From the NCBI GenBank assembly GCA_964571255.1, contig CAZNAA010000001.1, forward strand, positions 620,666 through 684,665: DNA of 64,000 nt, given 5' to 3'. The DNA comes from an uncultured Gammaproteobacteria bacterium (GTDB lineage Bacteria > Patescibacteriota > Microgenomatia > Levybacterales > UBA12049). A program made the position numbers and the translations under genes. Under the pieces are notes generated by a model that saw only the letters and a list, made by a program, of their open reading frames with translations, did no database searches and was not told where the DNA came from. Of the stretch, positions 47,690 through 57,383 are shown piece after piece (within the stretch, counting starts at the first letter, position 1; each line of letters starts with the position of its first letter).

Positions 47690-48644
47690 TTATTTCAAAC
47701 TCTGCAGACCTCGGCAATGGATTAAAAACGTTGCCATTTTCGCATCCATCACCTTTAACGGAGGCTTATTTGAACCAGTATCACTTCTTCATGTATTTTT
47801 TGGCTTTTTAGTATTTTGTGGTCTATCCAGTGCCACGTATATTATTAATGATCTTTTTGATATTCAAAAAGACAAATTGCACCCATTCAAAAGAAATCGT
47901 CCTCTTGCCAAAGGAACTGTATCTGTTCCCGAGGCCATAGTTCTTGCCATTCTTCTTGGAGGAGGATCACTGATTGGAAGCATTGTCGTGCAACCTGGAG
48001 ATAGCTTTAGTGGCCTCCCATCATTCTTCATTGTAGCGGTAACATACTTGGTACTACAGTTCTCTTATTCCATGCTTCTCAAACACGTAACGGTTTTGGA
48101 TATTTTAAGTATTGCTGCTGGATATATCTTGCGAGTCTATGCAGGAGAAGTCCTTTTCCCAGGGTCACACATTCCTGTCTGGTTATTTTTGACAACGATT
48201 TCTTTGTCTCTTTTCTTAGCAGTTGGAAAGAGACGATCTGAGCTGACTCTTGTCTCAACCCAATCGGCTGCAGCGATTGCTTCCATTAGAGAAACGCTTT
48301 CTCATTACTCAGAGAGGCTCCTTGACGTGTATGCTTCAATTTTTGCTACCTCCACCTTTATTTCTTATGCCCTTTTTACCTTTGTGGAGAATAGCAAGTC
48401 TCTAACCATTACTAATGAATTACTTCTCCCAGATTACCTTCCCATGTCACTGCAAAAAAAGTGGCTCATGATTACAATCATCCCAGTAGTGTATGGTTTG
48501 ATGAGATATCTTCAAGACATTTATGAAAAACATGAAGGAGAGAGTCCTGAAAGAGTACTATTGTCTGACAAGCAGTTACTTGCAACAGTTATTACGTGGG
48601 TATTGATGGTAATTGGGATTATTTATGTTATTCAGGGAGGGTGA
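47673..48644 (+). CDS. UbiA-family prenyltransferase, decaprenyl-phosphate phosphoribosyltransferase (DPPRS)-like
   Basis: YIINDLFDIQKDKLHPFKRNRPLAKG (NDxxDxxxD + KR.RP.A.G signature), polytopic; overlaps upstream gene by 17 nt. Confidence 0.75.
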   Translation: MKKILSYFKLCRPRQWIKNVAIFASITFNGGLFEPVSLLHVFFGFLVFCGLSSATYIINDLFDIQKDKLHPFKRNRPLAKGTVSVPEAIVLAILLGGGSLIGSIVVQPGDSFSGLPSFFIVAVTYLVLQFSYSMLLKHVTVLDILSIAAGYILRVYAGEVLFPGSHIPVWLFLTTISLSLFLAVGKRRSELTLVSTQSAAAIASIRETLSHYSERLLDVYASIFATSTFISYALFTFVENSKSLTITNELLLPDYLPMSLQKKWLMITIIPVVYGLMRYLQDIYEKHEGESPERVLLSDKQLLATVITWVLMVIGIIYVIQGG

Positions 48645-48853
48645 GAAGATGATTCGCATTCCTTTTGGGTCACCATCGGGAACCACCTGCTTCTCAGATT
48701 CAAGAATAGGTTGATATATTGAGCTAATCGTATCGTTCTTAACCAATATTTATTTCAAACATAGTTAGCCTCAAATGTACTGACACCCTAACAGGATTCG
48801 AACTCTTCTTCTTGAATAACATACTACTTTATGGAATACTTCAGTTACATATG

Positions 48854-49945
48854 GAAGATACTCAACAACCAATACCCATACAGCCAGTAATACAAACTCC
48901 CCCGGATTCACGGAAACCAAATACGCTAGTGATGGGTTTAGGAGCAATTGTTCTTATTGGTTTAGGATTGCTCGGGGGATATTTTCTTTTTGCAAACAAA
49001 AATCTGACTAACTCTCAAATTCCTTTACAAAGGATAGCCGCTTCACCAACTATAACTCAACAACCAAGTCAGACAGAGAATCAAACAGCAAATTGGCAGA
49101 CATATAGAAATAATAAATACTTCTATAGCATAAAGTATCCAAATCAGTTAAAAACTGAGGATAGAATGGCTGGTCAAACTAGTTATGATCCAAATACACT
49201 TCAAATATTTAGTAGTGACACAAACATAGTATTTACAGTACAAGTACTGACTTCTGCCAATACTTCAGACTTGAAAACATATGTAGAAACTATTAAAAAT
49301 CAAAATAGTACTAATGCAAACGTAAAGATTGGAACAATTACGCAAACGACTATTGATAACCAAAATGCGTTTGAAATTCAAGTTACGGGAAACGGCAGAG
49401 ATGGCGGCTGGCAAGGAACAGATTCACAGCCTCATACTTATATGTATGTCCAAAATAAAAACCTAAAATACCAATTAGATTATGCAAATAATGACACTTT
49501 CGCTCCAATTATATTAGCAAGTTTCAAATTTCTGAATAATACTTCTCCAACAACCTCGTCTCAAATAAATGGAGCAAGCTTAGTAAACATTAAATATACT
49601 TTGCCAGCTGGATGGAAAGCTACCTTAAATGCGGATTCTCTTTTACTCGCGCCGAGTACAGGATATTTATCTATAAAAGTAGATGACTATAATGGAACGA
49701 CTGGCAGACGAGAATATTACTGCCAAGTAAGTAAGATATGTGTTGAAGGAACTACAAAGTTTACTGAAATGACTATTGGAAATATTTCAGGGTATATGGC
49801 ATCAGGATTAGATAACAGCGGTGGTGGTTCAGAATACTTTGGAGCAAAAGGAAATAAATTCTATGTTATCAGTAGTTATAATCCACCTTTACCAAATAAT
49901 TTTGAGAATTCTTATAAGCAAGTATTAAACTCTTTAGTATTCTAA
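48854..49945 (+). CDS. Hypothetical membrane-anchored secreted protein (Asn/Thr-rich)
   Basis: ORF; TM GLGAIVLIGLGLLGGYFLF; ORF-track start 48812 uses TTG; ATG 48854 preferred. Confidence 0.5.
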   Translation, partial: EDTQQPIPIQPVIQTPPDSRKPNTLVMGLGAIVLIGLGLLGGYFLFANKNLTNSQIPLQRIAASPTITQQPSQTENQTANWQTYRNNKYFYSIKYPNQLKTEDRMAGQTSYDPNTLQIFSSDTNIVFTVQVLTSANTSDLKTYVETIKNQNSTNANVKIGTITQTTIDNQNAFEIQVTGNGRDGGWQGTDSQPHTYMYVQNKNLKYQLDYANNDTFAPIILASFKFLNNTSPTTSSQINGASLVNIKYTLPAGWKATLNADSLLLAPSTGYLSIKVDDYNGTTGRREYYCQVSKICVEGTTKFTEMTIGNISGYMASGLDNSGGGSEYFGAKGNKFYVISSYNPPLPNNFENSYKQVLNSLVF

Positions 49946-50046
49946 AATTTACTCTTCATTTTGTTCATCATATACTAGTATCAATTGTTCCCAAAAAGTC
50001 AGAGATCGTTCGAACAGACTCCCCGTCGGGTCACTAATCTACGATT

Positions 50047-50790
50047 TTACTCCTCAAGTAACCGTTTTAAATACGAGGAGGGATTATTGAGAAAAGTCTT
50101 TGTTAGTTGGTATACTTCTGTTTCTTCATACGCAACTTCTTCAATTACTTCTCCGTTAAATGCAAGTATTTGAGCCTCAGGATATGCAAGAAGAATAGGT
50201 GAGTGAGTTGCAATAATAAACTGACTATTCGGATTATCTTTAATCATATTATGAATTAATACCATTAAAGAAAGTTGCCGCTGAGGAGATAATGCAGCTT
50301 CTGGTTCATCCATTAAATAAAATCCTCCTCTTGAAAATCTTTCTGTAAATAGGATTAAGAAAGACTGACCATGTGATTTCTTATGTAATGATTCTCCTCC
50401 ATAGGCGTTATACATTCTTTTATCCTCTTTTCCTATTTCATCAACGTATGTGGCTAAATTAAAAAATGTTTCTGCACGAAAAAAGTATCCACCTAAAAGT
50501 TTATTTGACCAACTTAACCTTAGATACTCTGATAATGAGTTCGTATCTTCGTCAGATGTATTTGTTGCAATACTTCTACTCCCTCCTTCTTTTCCAAATC
50601 CATAGTTTCCAGCAATCGCTTCAAGAAAAGTTGATTTGCCAGATCCATTTTCACCGATAAAGAAAGTAACTTTTTGAGTTATATCTAGAGCAGTAAAGTT
50701 TTTTACAATATCAATATTAAAGGGATATTTATTCCAATCAGGAACTTGATCTTTTAAGAAAGTAATTTGACGAAGATATGGTTCATTCAT
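50047..50790 (-). CDS. Stand-alone ABC/RecF-like ATPase (AAA_21-type, 247 aa)
   Basis: Walker A FFIGENGSGKST, ABC signature-like region, Walker B FYLMDEPEAALS, H-loop IIATHSP. Confidence 0.75.
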   Translation of the reverse strand: MNEPYLRQITFLKDQVPDWNKYPFNIDIVKNFTALDITQKVTFFIGENGSGKSTFLEAIAGNYGFGKEGGSRSIATNTSDEDTNSLSEYLRLSWSNKLLGGYFFRAETFFNLATYVDEIGKEDKRMYNAYGGESLHKKSHGQSFLILFTERFSRGGFYLMDEPEAALSPQRQLSLMVLIHNMIKDNPNSQFIIATHSPILLAYPEAQILAFNGEVIEEVAYEETEVYQLTKTFLNNPSSYLKRLLEE

Positions 50791-50793
50791 TCT

Positions 50794-51642
50794 TTATCCT
50801 TCTTTCACAAACTCTGCACTAACCCATCCTTCTTTTCCATCTTTCAACTTTATCCTGTACCATCCATCAATAGTTTGAAGAGGAACATACGTTTCTCCAG
50901 GAAGCACTCTTCCTACCTCATTTGCAGTTGATGAGTTAGAATCTCGAACTCTTAGAAATCCAGTTGGAGTTTGAAGAATAGTAATTTGAGAGGCTGGAGT
51001 TGCTGTAGGAGTTGGAGTCAATGAAACTTGTGGAGCAGGAGTGGGAGTAGGAAGAGGATCTTGTCCAATGCCAAGTGTTCCAATCACTGTTACTTTGTAC
51101 CCTGCATAAGTTCTAATGGGAACTGTTTTTTCTCTATAACCTGACTTTTTTAACTTTACTTTATGATCTGATGCACTGAGGTTTTTCATAAGAAGGGGAG
51201 TAACCCCAATAAGATTGGAGTCCATATATACTTCGGCTTTATCTGGAAAAGAAACGACTAATACTTGTACTTCGTTTTTCTCAGGAACTGCAGAGACAGA
51301 AATGACACTCCCACTTCCTTTTCCTTCGGGTCCAAAGACTCTATCAACTGCCGTAAGAGTATTATTGGTTAAAGTAATTTTTTCTTTGTATTCAGGAAAA
51401 GCAGTATCCAGTGGAACTAACTTAATCGTGTAATCACCTGAGGGGAAAACATTTTGTCCATCTGTTCGAGGATAGGGAGTTTGTCCTAGATACTTATCAT
51501 TTAAATAGATTTTACTTTCTGGATTTGATGTTACTTGAATGGCTCCCTTCCCATTTATGCGTCTAACAATAAAAAGAGAGATAAAAATAAGAAAGAGGAA
51601 AAAGAGAGTAAAGACAACTAATAGAAATATGATTTTTTTCAT
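50794..51642 (-). CDS. Membrane-anchored protein with two PEGA-like domains, TPTP linker and C-terminal SH3b-like domain
   Basis: IYLNDKYLGQTPY / VYMDSNLIGVTPL PEGA signatures; GWYRIKLKDGKEGWVSAEFV. Confidence 0.55.
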   Translation of the reverse strand: MKKIIFLLVVFTLFFLFLIFISLFIVRRINGKGAIQVTSNPESKIYLNDKYLGQTPYPRTDGQNVFPSGDYTIKLVPLDTAFPEYKEKITLTNNTLTAVDRVFGPEGKGSGSVISVSAVPEKNEVQVLVVSFPDKAEVYMDSNLIGVTPLLMKNLSASDHKVKLKKSGYREKTVPIRTYAGYKVTVIGTLGIGQDPLPTPTPAPQVSLTPTPTATPASQITILQTPTGFLRVRDSNSSTANEVGRVLPGETYVPLQTIDGWYRIKLKDGKEGWVSAEFVKEG

Positions 51643-51668
51643 GTGGTAAAGCTCTTAGGGAGAGAATA

Positions 51669-53813
51669 CTAAACTACAGAGATTACTTCAACTGTTCCAC
51701 CACAAACGCGTGTAATAAGCTCTGTTACTTCAGTAAGAACGGATTGCACTCTCTCTTCTGTAATTCCTTCTCCTCCATCGACATTAATATACAGATTTTT
51801 CGTTTCCTCAGTTACTGCAGTTCGGACACTATCTCTATAGTTTAGATCTAAATTAAATGGTCCTACTTGATCGGTGTATATCATCTCTCCTTTTTTAATA
51901 GAAGTTTCCTCCGCTTCTCCAAGCAAATGAATTTTCTCTTCTCCTTTTGCAAGAGTTAGTTTCGTTGGGAATTCTAATTTTTCCATATCAAATACACCAA
52001 TTGATACTTTGTGTTTCAAAACCACAACGTTTGCTGCATCTACTGCTGTGTTGACGTTGTATACCTCTTTTCCACTGGCAAGACGTCTCAGGAGTGCTTC
52101 AGGACTAGGACGGCGTGAGTGATAGTCTACTCCCATGGTTTTATACATTGCTCTATAAGACTGAACTTCTGGAATTTCATTAATTTGTTCATTCGTTAAT
52201 CCAGCAAGGGATGTGACTACTTCTCCTTTTTCTTTTTCTAACTCTTCTGAAAGTTTTGTAACAGAGACTCCTTTAATAACCGCTACTCCCACCTTTATTG
52301 CTGGGAATTTTTGTAATACTGTTGAATCAATAGTGAGTTGCTCATTTGACACACTTTGTATAGAGGGAGCACTGTCTGATTTTAAGGTTGGGAACATCAC
52401 TACTTCTTTAATTCCCCATTTATTGGTGAAAAACATTGTGAGTCTATCAATTCCTACCCCAATTCCTCCAGTTGGTGGCATGCCATGCTCCATGGCAAGA
52501 AGGAAGTCTTCATCAAGTTGTTGTGCTTCTTCTTTGTCTTTTCGAGCAGCAACAACGTCTTTGGTAAATCTTTCTCTTTGAATAACAGGATCTGTCAACT
52601 CAGACCATCCATCAAAAATTTCTTTGCCTCCAACGTATCCTTCAAATCTCTCTACCCATCCCGGTTTACTCCTGTGAGGTTTTGAGAGAGGACTCACGTC
52701 TTCTGGATAATCAATAATCCAAGTTGGTTCACTCAGTTGTTTTGGAATTAAATGATCAAAGATCATAAAGATAAGTTGTCCTCTCGTTTCTCCTCCTAAA
52801 AGTTCCATATGAGGACAATGAAGTTTGGCAAATTCAAGAAGAGATGCTTCTGTCTCATCATCAACATCTAGTCCCAATTTTTCTTTAAGAATCTCAGTCA
52901 TAGAGATTCTTTTCCACTCTCCTCCAATATCAATAGTTTTATCTTCAATTTGGAGTGTGGTGTTTCCATTGAGTTTTTGGGCGATATGTTTGCAAAGTCC
53001 TTCTGCTACATCCATCACCCTGTTATAGTCTGCATACGCCTCATACCACTCAATCATGGTAAATTCTGGAAAGTGAGTTTGATCAATGCCTTCATTTCGA
53101 AAATCTTTACAGATCTCATATACTCTCTCATATCCACCAACCATCAAACGTTTCAGATATAACTCATCAGCAATTCGCAAATAGACGTCTTTATTTAACG
53201 CATTTAAATGAGTTTTAAAAGGTTTTGCATTAGCTCCACCATAAAGTGGTTGCAAAGTAGGGGTTTCGACTTCCCAGAATCCTAAATTGTCTAAATATTC
53301 ACGTACTGCGCGAACAAGTTTGGTTCGAGTATTAAATCTCTCCCGAACTTCTGGGTTAAGAAGTAAATCTAAATATCTTTGGCGATATCTCGTCTCAACG
53401 TCTTTTACCCCGTACCACTCACTAGGAAGCGGACGAAGGACTTTGGTTAAGAGAGTATAACTGGTTGGAGCAATAGAAACTTCCCCTGCAGTTGTCATAA
53501 CAATTTCTCCCTCAACGCCAACAAAATCTCCCAGATCCAAAAGTTTTAAATGATCATAGAGCTCTCCAAGGAGTTCTTTTTTAAGAAAAAGTTGGATTTT
53601 CCCTGTTTCATCTTTCAAATCAGCAAAAGAGATATTTCCATGAGAGCGAAAAGACGTGAGTCTTCCTGCAGTTTTCACTGTTTTTCCTTCCATCTCACGA
53701 GCTTGCCCAATCGTTTGTTCTTTAGGATAGGACGCAGGGTATGGATTCCAGCCTAAAGCTCTAATTCGCTCTAGTTTTTCAATCATTTGTTGACGCAGGT
53801 TTGAGTCTTCCAT
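51669..53813 (-). CDS. lysS: Lysine--tRNA ligase (class II) fused to ~215-aa C-terminal B3/B4-like tRNA-binding/editing-type domain
   Basis: OB anticodon domain; class II motifs (FRNEGIDQTHFPEFTMIEWY; GGIGVGIDRLTMFF); C-terminal NTAVDAANVVVLKHKVSIGVFDMEKL matches B3/4 N.VD..N...L..G.P.H.FD signature. Confidence 0.85.
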   Translation of the reverse strand: MEDSNLRQQMIEKLERIRALGWNPYPASYPKEQTIGQAREMEGKTVKTAGRLTSFRSHGNISFADLKDETGKIQLFLKKELLGELYDHLKLLDLGDFVGVEGEIVMTTAGEVSIAPTSYTLLTKVLRPLPSEWYGVKDVETRYRQRYLDLLLNPEVRERFNTRTKLVRAVREYLDNLGFWEVETPTLQPLYGGANAKPFKTHLNALNKDVYLRIADELYLKRLMVGGYERVYEICKDFRNEGIDQTHFPEFTMIEWYEAYADYNRVMDVAEGLCKHIAQKLNGNTTLQIEDKTIDIGGEWKRISMTEILKEKLGLDVDDETEASLLEFAKLHCPHMELLGGETRGQLIFMIFDHLIPKQLSEPTWIIDYPEDVSPLSKPHRSKPGWVERFEGYVGGKEIFDGWSELTDPVIQRERFTKDVVAARKDKEEAQQLDEDFLLAMEHGMPPTGGIGVGIDRLTMFFTNKWGIKEVVMFPTLKSDSAPSIQSVSNEQLTIDSTVLQKFPAIKVGVAVIKGVSVTKLSEELEKEKGEVVTSLAGLTNEQINEIPEVQSYRAMYKTMGVDYHSRRPSPEALLRRLASGKEVYNVNTAVDAANVVVLKHKVSIGVFDMEKLEFPTKLTLAKGEEKIHLLGEAEETSIKKGEMIYTDQVGPFNLDLNYRDSVRTAVTEETKNLYINVDGGEGITEERVQSVLTEVTELITRVCGGTVEVISVV

Positions 53814-53819
53814 ATTGGT

Positions 53820-53828
53820 ATTATAGCA
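53820..53828 (-). promoter_or_regulatory. extended -10 TGcTATAAT 6 nt upstream of lysS ATG 53813
   Basis: minus strand ttTGcTATAATaccaatATG. Confidence 0.5.
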
Positions 53829-53833
53829 AAGCT

Positions 53834-54919
53834 TTACTCTGTCATTTTGATCAGTTTTGCTACTAATTCTTTCAGGGTTTCCATATCTTCAATTGAGACA
53901 TACTCATCAGTCGTATGAGTAAGAAAAGTCCCGTCCCCCAGATTAATCACTTGAATTCCGTGCTCAACAAAGATATTGGCATCAGCACATCCCCAATCAG
54001 GCTTCAAAACTGGTGTAATCCCCATTTCTTCCATTACCGATTGAATATAGGAGATTTCTGGATCAGTTTTTTCATAAAAATATCCTCCGTTCTCCCTCAC
54101 TATCTCTATTTCAACAGTTGCAGAGTGAGATTTGGTTACTTCCTCTACTACAGATCTAATCTCCTCACTTAATCGATCTATTTCTTCCTCATAAAAACTC
54201 CTTACCTCTCCTTGAAACAGTAGTTCTCCTGGAATCGTATTGCGAACACTTCCTCCTTTAATTACCCCTATATTTACCGCTGCACTTTCTGAGACTTTTC
54301 CCACTTTTATTTTTCCAAGGATTTCATGAAACATAGTGAGTGCATTAATTCCAATTTCTGGTTTTGATGCATGAGCTGATTTCCCAATCAGTTTTATATT
54401 AAACCGGTCATAAAAAGGAGCTGCCGTAATGATAGTTCCAAGAGGATTTGGATTATCAAAGGTATACCCTTTTTTAGCAGTAACGAGTGAACAATCGAGA
54501 TTCACTGCACCATAATTTCCCACCTCTTCTGAAAGAGTAAAGACAATATCAAGACTGGGTCTATTTTCTTCAACAAGTGTTGAAAGTTCTGAAAGAAGAG
54601 TGAGAAGAATTGCCACTCCCACTTTATTATCTGCACCAAGAATAGTATCTCCACTACTTCGAATAAATCCATCAGTAATAACAGGTTTCACTCCTCTTCC
54701 TGGCTCAACCGTATCAACGTGTGCAGATAAAAGAATTCTTTCTCCTTTTCCGCTAACTGAAATAATGACATTCCCAAAAGAATCAAGAGTCGGAGTAAAA
54801 GGAAGGTGTCCTATATAGTTAAGAATAAAAGAAACAATTCTGTCTTCCTCTCCACTAGGACTATCTATTTTTACTAAATCTAAAAATGTATTGATAAGTA
54901 AGCTATTCATAATATCCAA
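53834..54919 (-). CDS. M20-family metallopeptidase (peptidase T-like)
   Basis: HVDTV, GADNKVG, SEEVG metal-ligand motifs. Confidence 0.75.
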   Translation of the reverse strand: MDIMNSLLINTFLDLVKIDSPSGEEDRIVSFILNYIGHLPFTPTLDSFGNVIISVSGKGERILLSAHVDTVEPGRGVKPVITDGFIRSSGDTILGADNKVGVAILLTLLSELSTLVEENRPSLDIVFTLSEEVGNYGAVNLDCSLVTAKKGYTFDNPNPLGTIITAAPFYDRFNIKLIGKSAHASKPEIGINALTMFHEILGKIKVGKVSESAAVNIGVIKGGSVRNTIPGELLFQGEVRSFYEEEIDRLSEEIRSVVEEVTKSHSATVEIEIVRENGGYFYEKTDPEISYIQSVMEEMGITPVLKPDWGCADANIFVEHGIQVINLGDGTFLTHTTDEYVSIEDMETLKELVAKLIKMTE

Positions 54920-55703
54920 CCTCCATTAATCTTCTCACCATATTCTCTCGTGATCCAAAGAATTCTCGATACCCATCACTAAATCGTTGCGCTGTATCTG
55001 TACTGGAAATAAACATGGTACAGGGAATATGTGTATCATACATTTGCATTTCTTGCCTATGTGGAATTTTACTTCTCACAATAATATCAGGAACCTGTGC
55101 CCTATCAACTCTTTGTACACATGCTTCTCCATATTGAAATCCGGTTCCAAAAGGAGACTCCGTTGGTTTACACACACACGTTAATGGAGCAATGAATGGA
55201 TAATCCAAATGATGGGTTGGTTTGAAAGAAACTCCTCTCATCCCAGCAATATGTCCAAGCGCTCTTAGTTCTCTAATCTCTTTTGTTGTCCCAATAACAA
55301 GTTGTGAGCCATTACTAAGAGCAGTACTTGACGCTTCAAGCGTTGCTTGTTGAACAAGTGTCCCTAGTCCTTGATTTCTATTTGATGCATGAACAAAAAC
55401 AGATCCCATTTCACAAATACCTCGTAATTCTTCAGGAAGACCAAGTTCTTCTGCAAGTTCTGTTGAGATAAGAGGAATGAGACGAGAGATAGCTACAGGA
55501 ACATCTTGCCCTTCTTCTCCTGCCATAATAACAGCAGCAAGCCCTTGAAGTAATGATACTTCAAGTTTTCTTGGATCAACTTGAAGTAATGCTCCATCTC
55601 GATTCATCTCGTGTGCCAAACAATCCAGAGGAGGAAGACCTCTTTCAGGAAGTGTATGAGCTGTTATAACTGATATTCGTGATTTTTCCATAGTTTTTTC
55701 CAC
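54903..55703 (-). CDS. Hypothetical protein, possibly GNAT-fold
   Basis: NRNQGLGTLV resembles acetyl-CoA binding Q/RxxGxG/A; weak. Confidence 0.35.
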   Translation of the reverse strand: MEKTMEKSRISVITAHTLPERGLPPLDCLAHEMNRDGALLQVDPRKLEVSLLQGLAAVIMAGEEGQDVPVAISRLIPLISTELAEELGLPEELRGICEMGSVFVHASNRNQGLGTLVQQATLEASSTALSNGSQLVIGTTKEIRELRALGHIAGMRGVSFKPTHHLDYPFIAPLTCVCKPTESPFGTGFQYGEACVQRVDRAQVPDIIVRSKIPHRQEMQMYDTHIPCTMFISSTDTAQRFSDGYREFFGSRENMVRRLMEVGYYE

Positions 55704-55819
55704 TAAAAAACCCCTCAGTGAGGGGCTACTATTTTTTGGTGTGTACCACCAGAAAACCCCTCGTTAGGAGAGGTTCTTCTTACTTGCAACTGTTACGTTT
55801 TGAAATGTCATAAAAATAA

Positions 55820-56926
55820 TCATACCATGATTTCTTCTTTTGTCAAGGATACTCCCAACAGATACCAGAAGGCCGTTAGTGTCACAACACTTACTGGATT
55901 AAAGCACATACACGTTATTATTCCTAAAAGCATGAGAAAATATGCAGTCTGTTTTTTTTCTATAAACTGTTTTATGGCTTGATACAACAGAGCAAGAATA
56001 GATATGACACCAATTACTCCTCCTTGCACAAACCAATCAAGCAAAAAGTGATGACTACTATCAAGATTAATATATTTCATCTCGATAACACTTCTGGCAT
56101 TTGTCTCAATCACTTGTTGAATATTTCCAATCCCTTGTCCAATCAGTGGAGAGTCTATTCCAGAAGTGAGTGCTACTTTCCAAATTTCTGCTCTATTTTC
56201 ATAGATGCTTTTTGTTTCAAAAAAAGGAAATGTGTGACTTACTACTAATAGACAAAGGGTAATAATAATTGCTTTTGAAATACTTAATTTACTCATGCAA
56301 AGAAGAAATATTCCTTGAAGTACAAAAGCTAATAACCCAGATCTGGATCCAGTAAGAAGAATGATTATCAATGAGAGGAGTACTACTCCGACTTTTTTCC
56401 AAAGATTTTTTTCTTTGATAGAGATAATCCAAGGCCATAAAAAAATAACAAAAGCAGAAAGAGCATTTGGTTCACCGAGTGTTCCAATACTCCTTTCATC
56501 TATTCTTCCAGAAATAAAAAGACTAGCAATGAATTGAACTAGTAAAAGAATCAGTAATACATTTGATGAAAAACTGGGGAGTTTATTTTTCTGAGCTAGA
56601 AAAAACAAGCCAAGAAATAAAACTAATAAAAATACTCCTTGCAGTCGAAATGCAGTTCCTAACAGAACACTTGGACTTGGAAAGAAAAGAAAACTACAAA
56701 GAATAATAAAGAGTATTCCCCCAAGAGCAAGTCTTGTAAGTTTTGTTTGAGAGGAAAATAAATCCCTTACTTTTTCTTTTGGTAATGAAAGACTAAAAAG
56801 AGCAATACTTACTAAAAGAAGTATTTCACTAACTAATACTTTTGGTATTTCAAATGGAGTAATGCCAAGTGGAAAAATAACATAGGGAGTGAGAAAAAGA
56901 AGAGTGAAAAGAAGTAGTGAAATCAC
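55820..56926 (-). CDS. O-antigen ligase/polymerase-like (Wzy_C) polytopic membrane protein
   Basis: ~10 TM, periplasmic-loop motif LLTGSRSGLLAF. Confidence 0.65.
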   Translation of the reverse strand: MISLLLFTLLFLTPYVIFPLGITPFEIPKVLVSEILLLVSIALFSLSLPKEKVRDLFSSQTKLTRLALGGILFIILCSFLFFPSPSVLLGTAFRLQGVFLLVLFLGLFFLAQKNKLPSFSSNVLLILLLVQFIASLFISGRIDERSIGTLGEPNALSAFVIFLWPWIISIKEKNLWKKVGVVLLSLIIILLTGSRSGLLAFVLQGIFLLCMSKLSISKAIIITLCLLVVSHTFPFFETKSIYENRAEIWKVALTSGIDSPLIGQGIGNIQQVIETNARSVIEMKYINLDSSHHFLLDWFVQGGVIGVISILALLYQAIKQFIEKKQTAYFLMLLGIITCMCFNPVSVVTLTAFWYLLGVSLTKEEIMV

Positions 56927-56934
56927 AAGATGGA

Positions 56935-57333
56935 TTATAGATTAAATAATAATCCTTGGAAATTTACAGTTCTTTCTTGTCCAGCAACAACTCGTACTAC
57001 TTGAAGTGGAGGATTAAAAAATGAACTACTACTACTCGTTGCTTCAACAAAGTAAAGACCAGGAACTACATTTGCCATATACTCTCCATTACTATCAGTC
57101 ATAACTGTTGTCTTTTGATTTTGGTTTAAAACATTTTTTAGAGTAATCGTTACGTTTGCTCCTGGAAGAATTGATGAGAGGGGACGTAAGACATTACGAA
57201 GAGTTACTTTTCCCTTCACTGAGAAAAATGTAACAGGAGCGGTAACAACTTCTGCTGCAGAGACTGGGATGGTTGAGAAAACAAGGAAGAGGGAAAAAAG
57301 AAAAAGAGTTCCTACTAAAATTCTTTTTATCAT
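56935..57333 (-). CDS. Secreted carboxypeptidase-regulatory-like (transthyretin-fold) domain protein
   Basis: signal peptide, TDSNGEY motif. Confidence 0.55.
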   Translation of the reverse strand: MIKRILVGTLFLFSLFLVFSTIPVSAAEVVTAPVTFFSVKGKVTLRNVLRPLSSILPGANVTITLKNVLNQNQKTTVMTDSNGEYMANVVPGLYFVEATSSSSSFFNPPLQVVRVVAGQERTVNFQGLLFNL

Positions 57334-57339
57334 TTATTT

Positions 57340-57369
57340 AGTGTAAAAATTTTTGCACTTTTCTGTCAA
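57340..57369 (-). promoter_or_regulatory. Promoter TTGACA(57364-57369)-N18-TACACT(57340-57345), 6 nt before ATG 57333
   Basis: seen on minus strand. Confidence 0.35.
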
Positions 57370-57383
57370 TAGATCAGATGGGG

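Noticed and set aside
48781-48810. GGATTCGAAC (T-loop-like) on minus strand suggested a tRNA 3' half
   Set aside because: Flanking sequence cannot form T-stem or acceptor stem, there is no CCA/discriminator context, and the region is AT-rich.
49946-50046. Convergent intergenic region with GTTCGAAC palindrome and CCCG-TC-GGG
   Set aside because: The stems are too short or irregular to call a bidirectional terminator with confidence.
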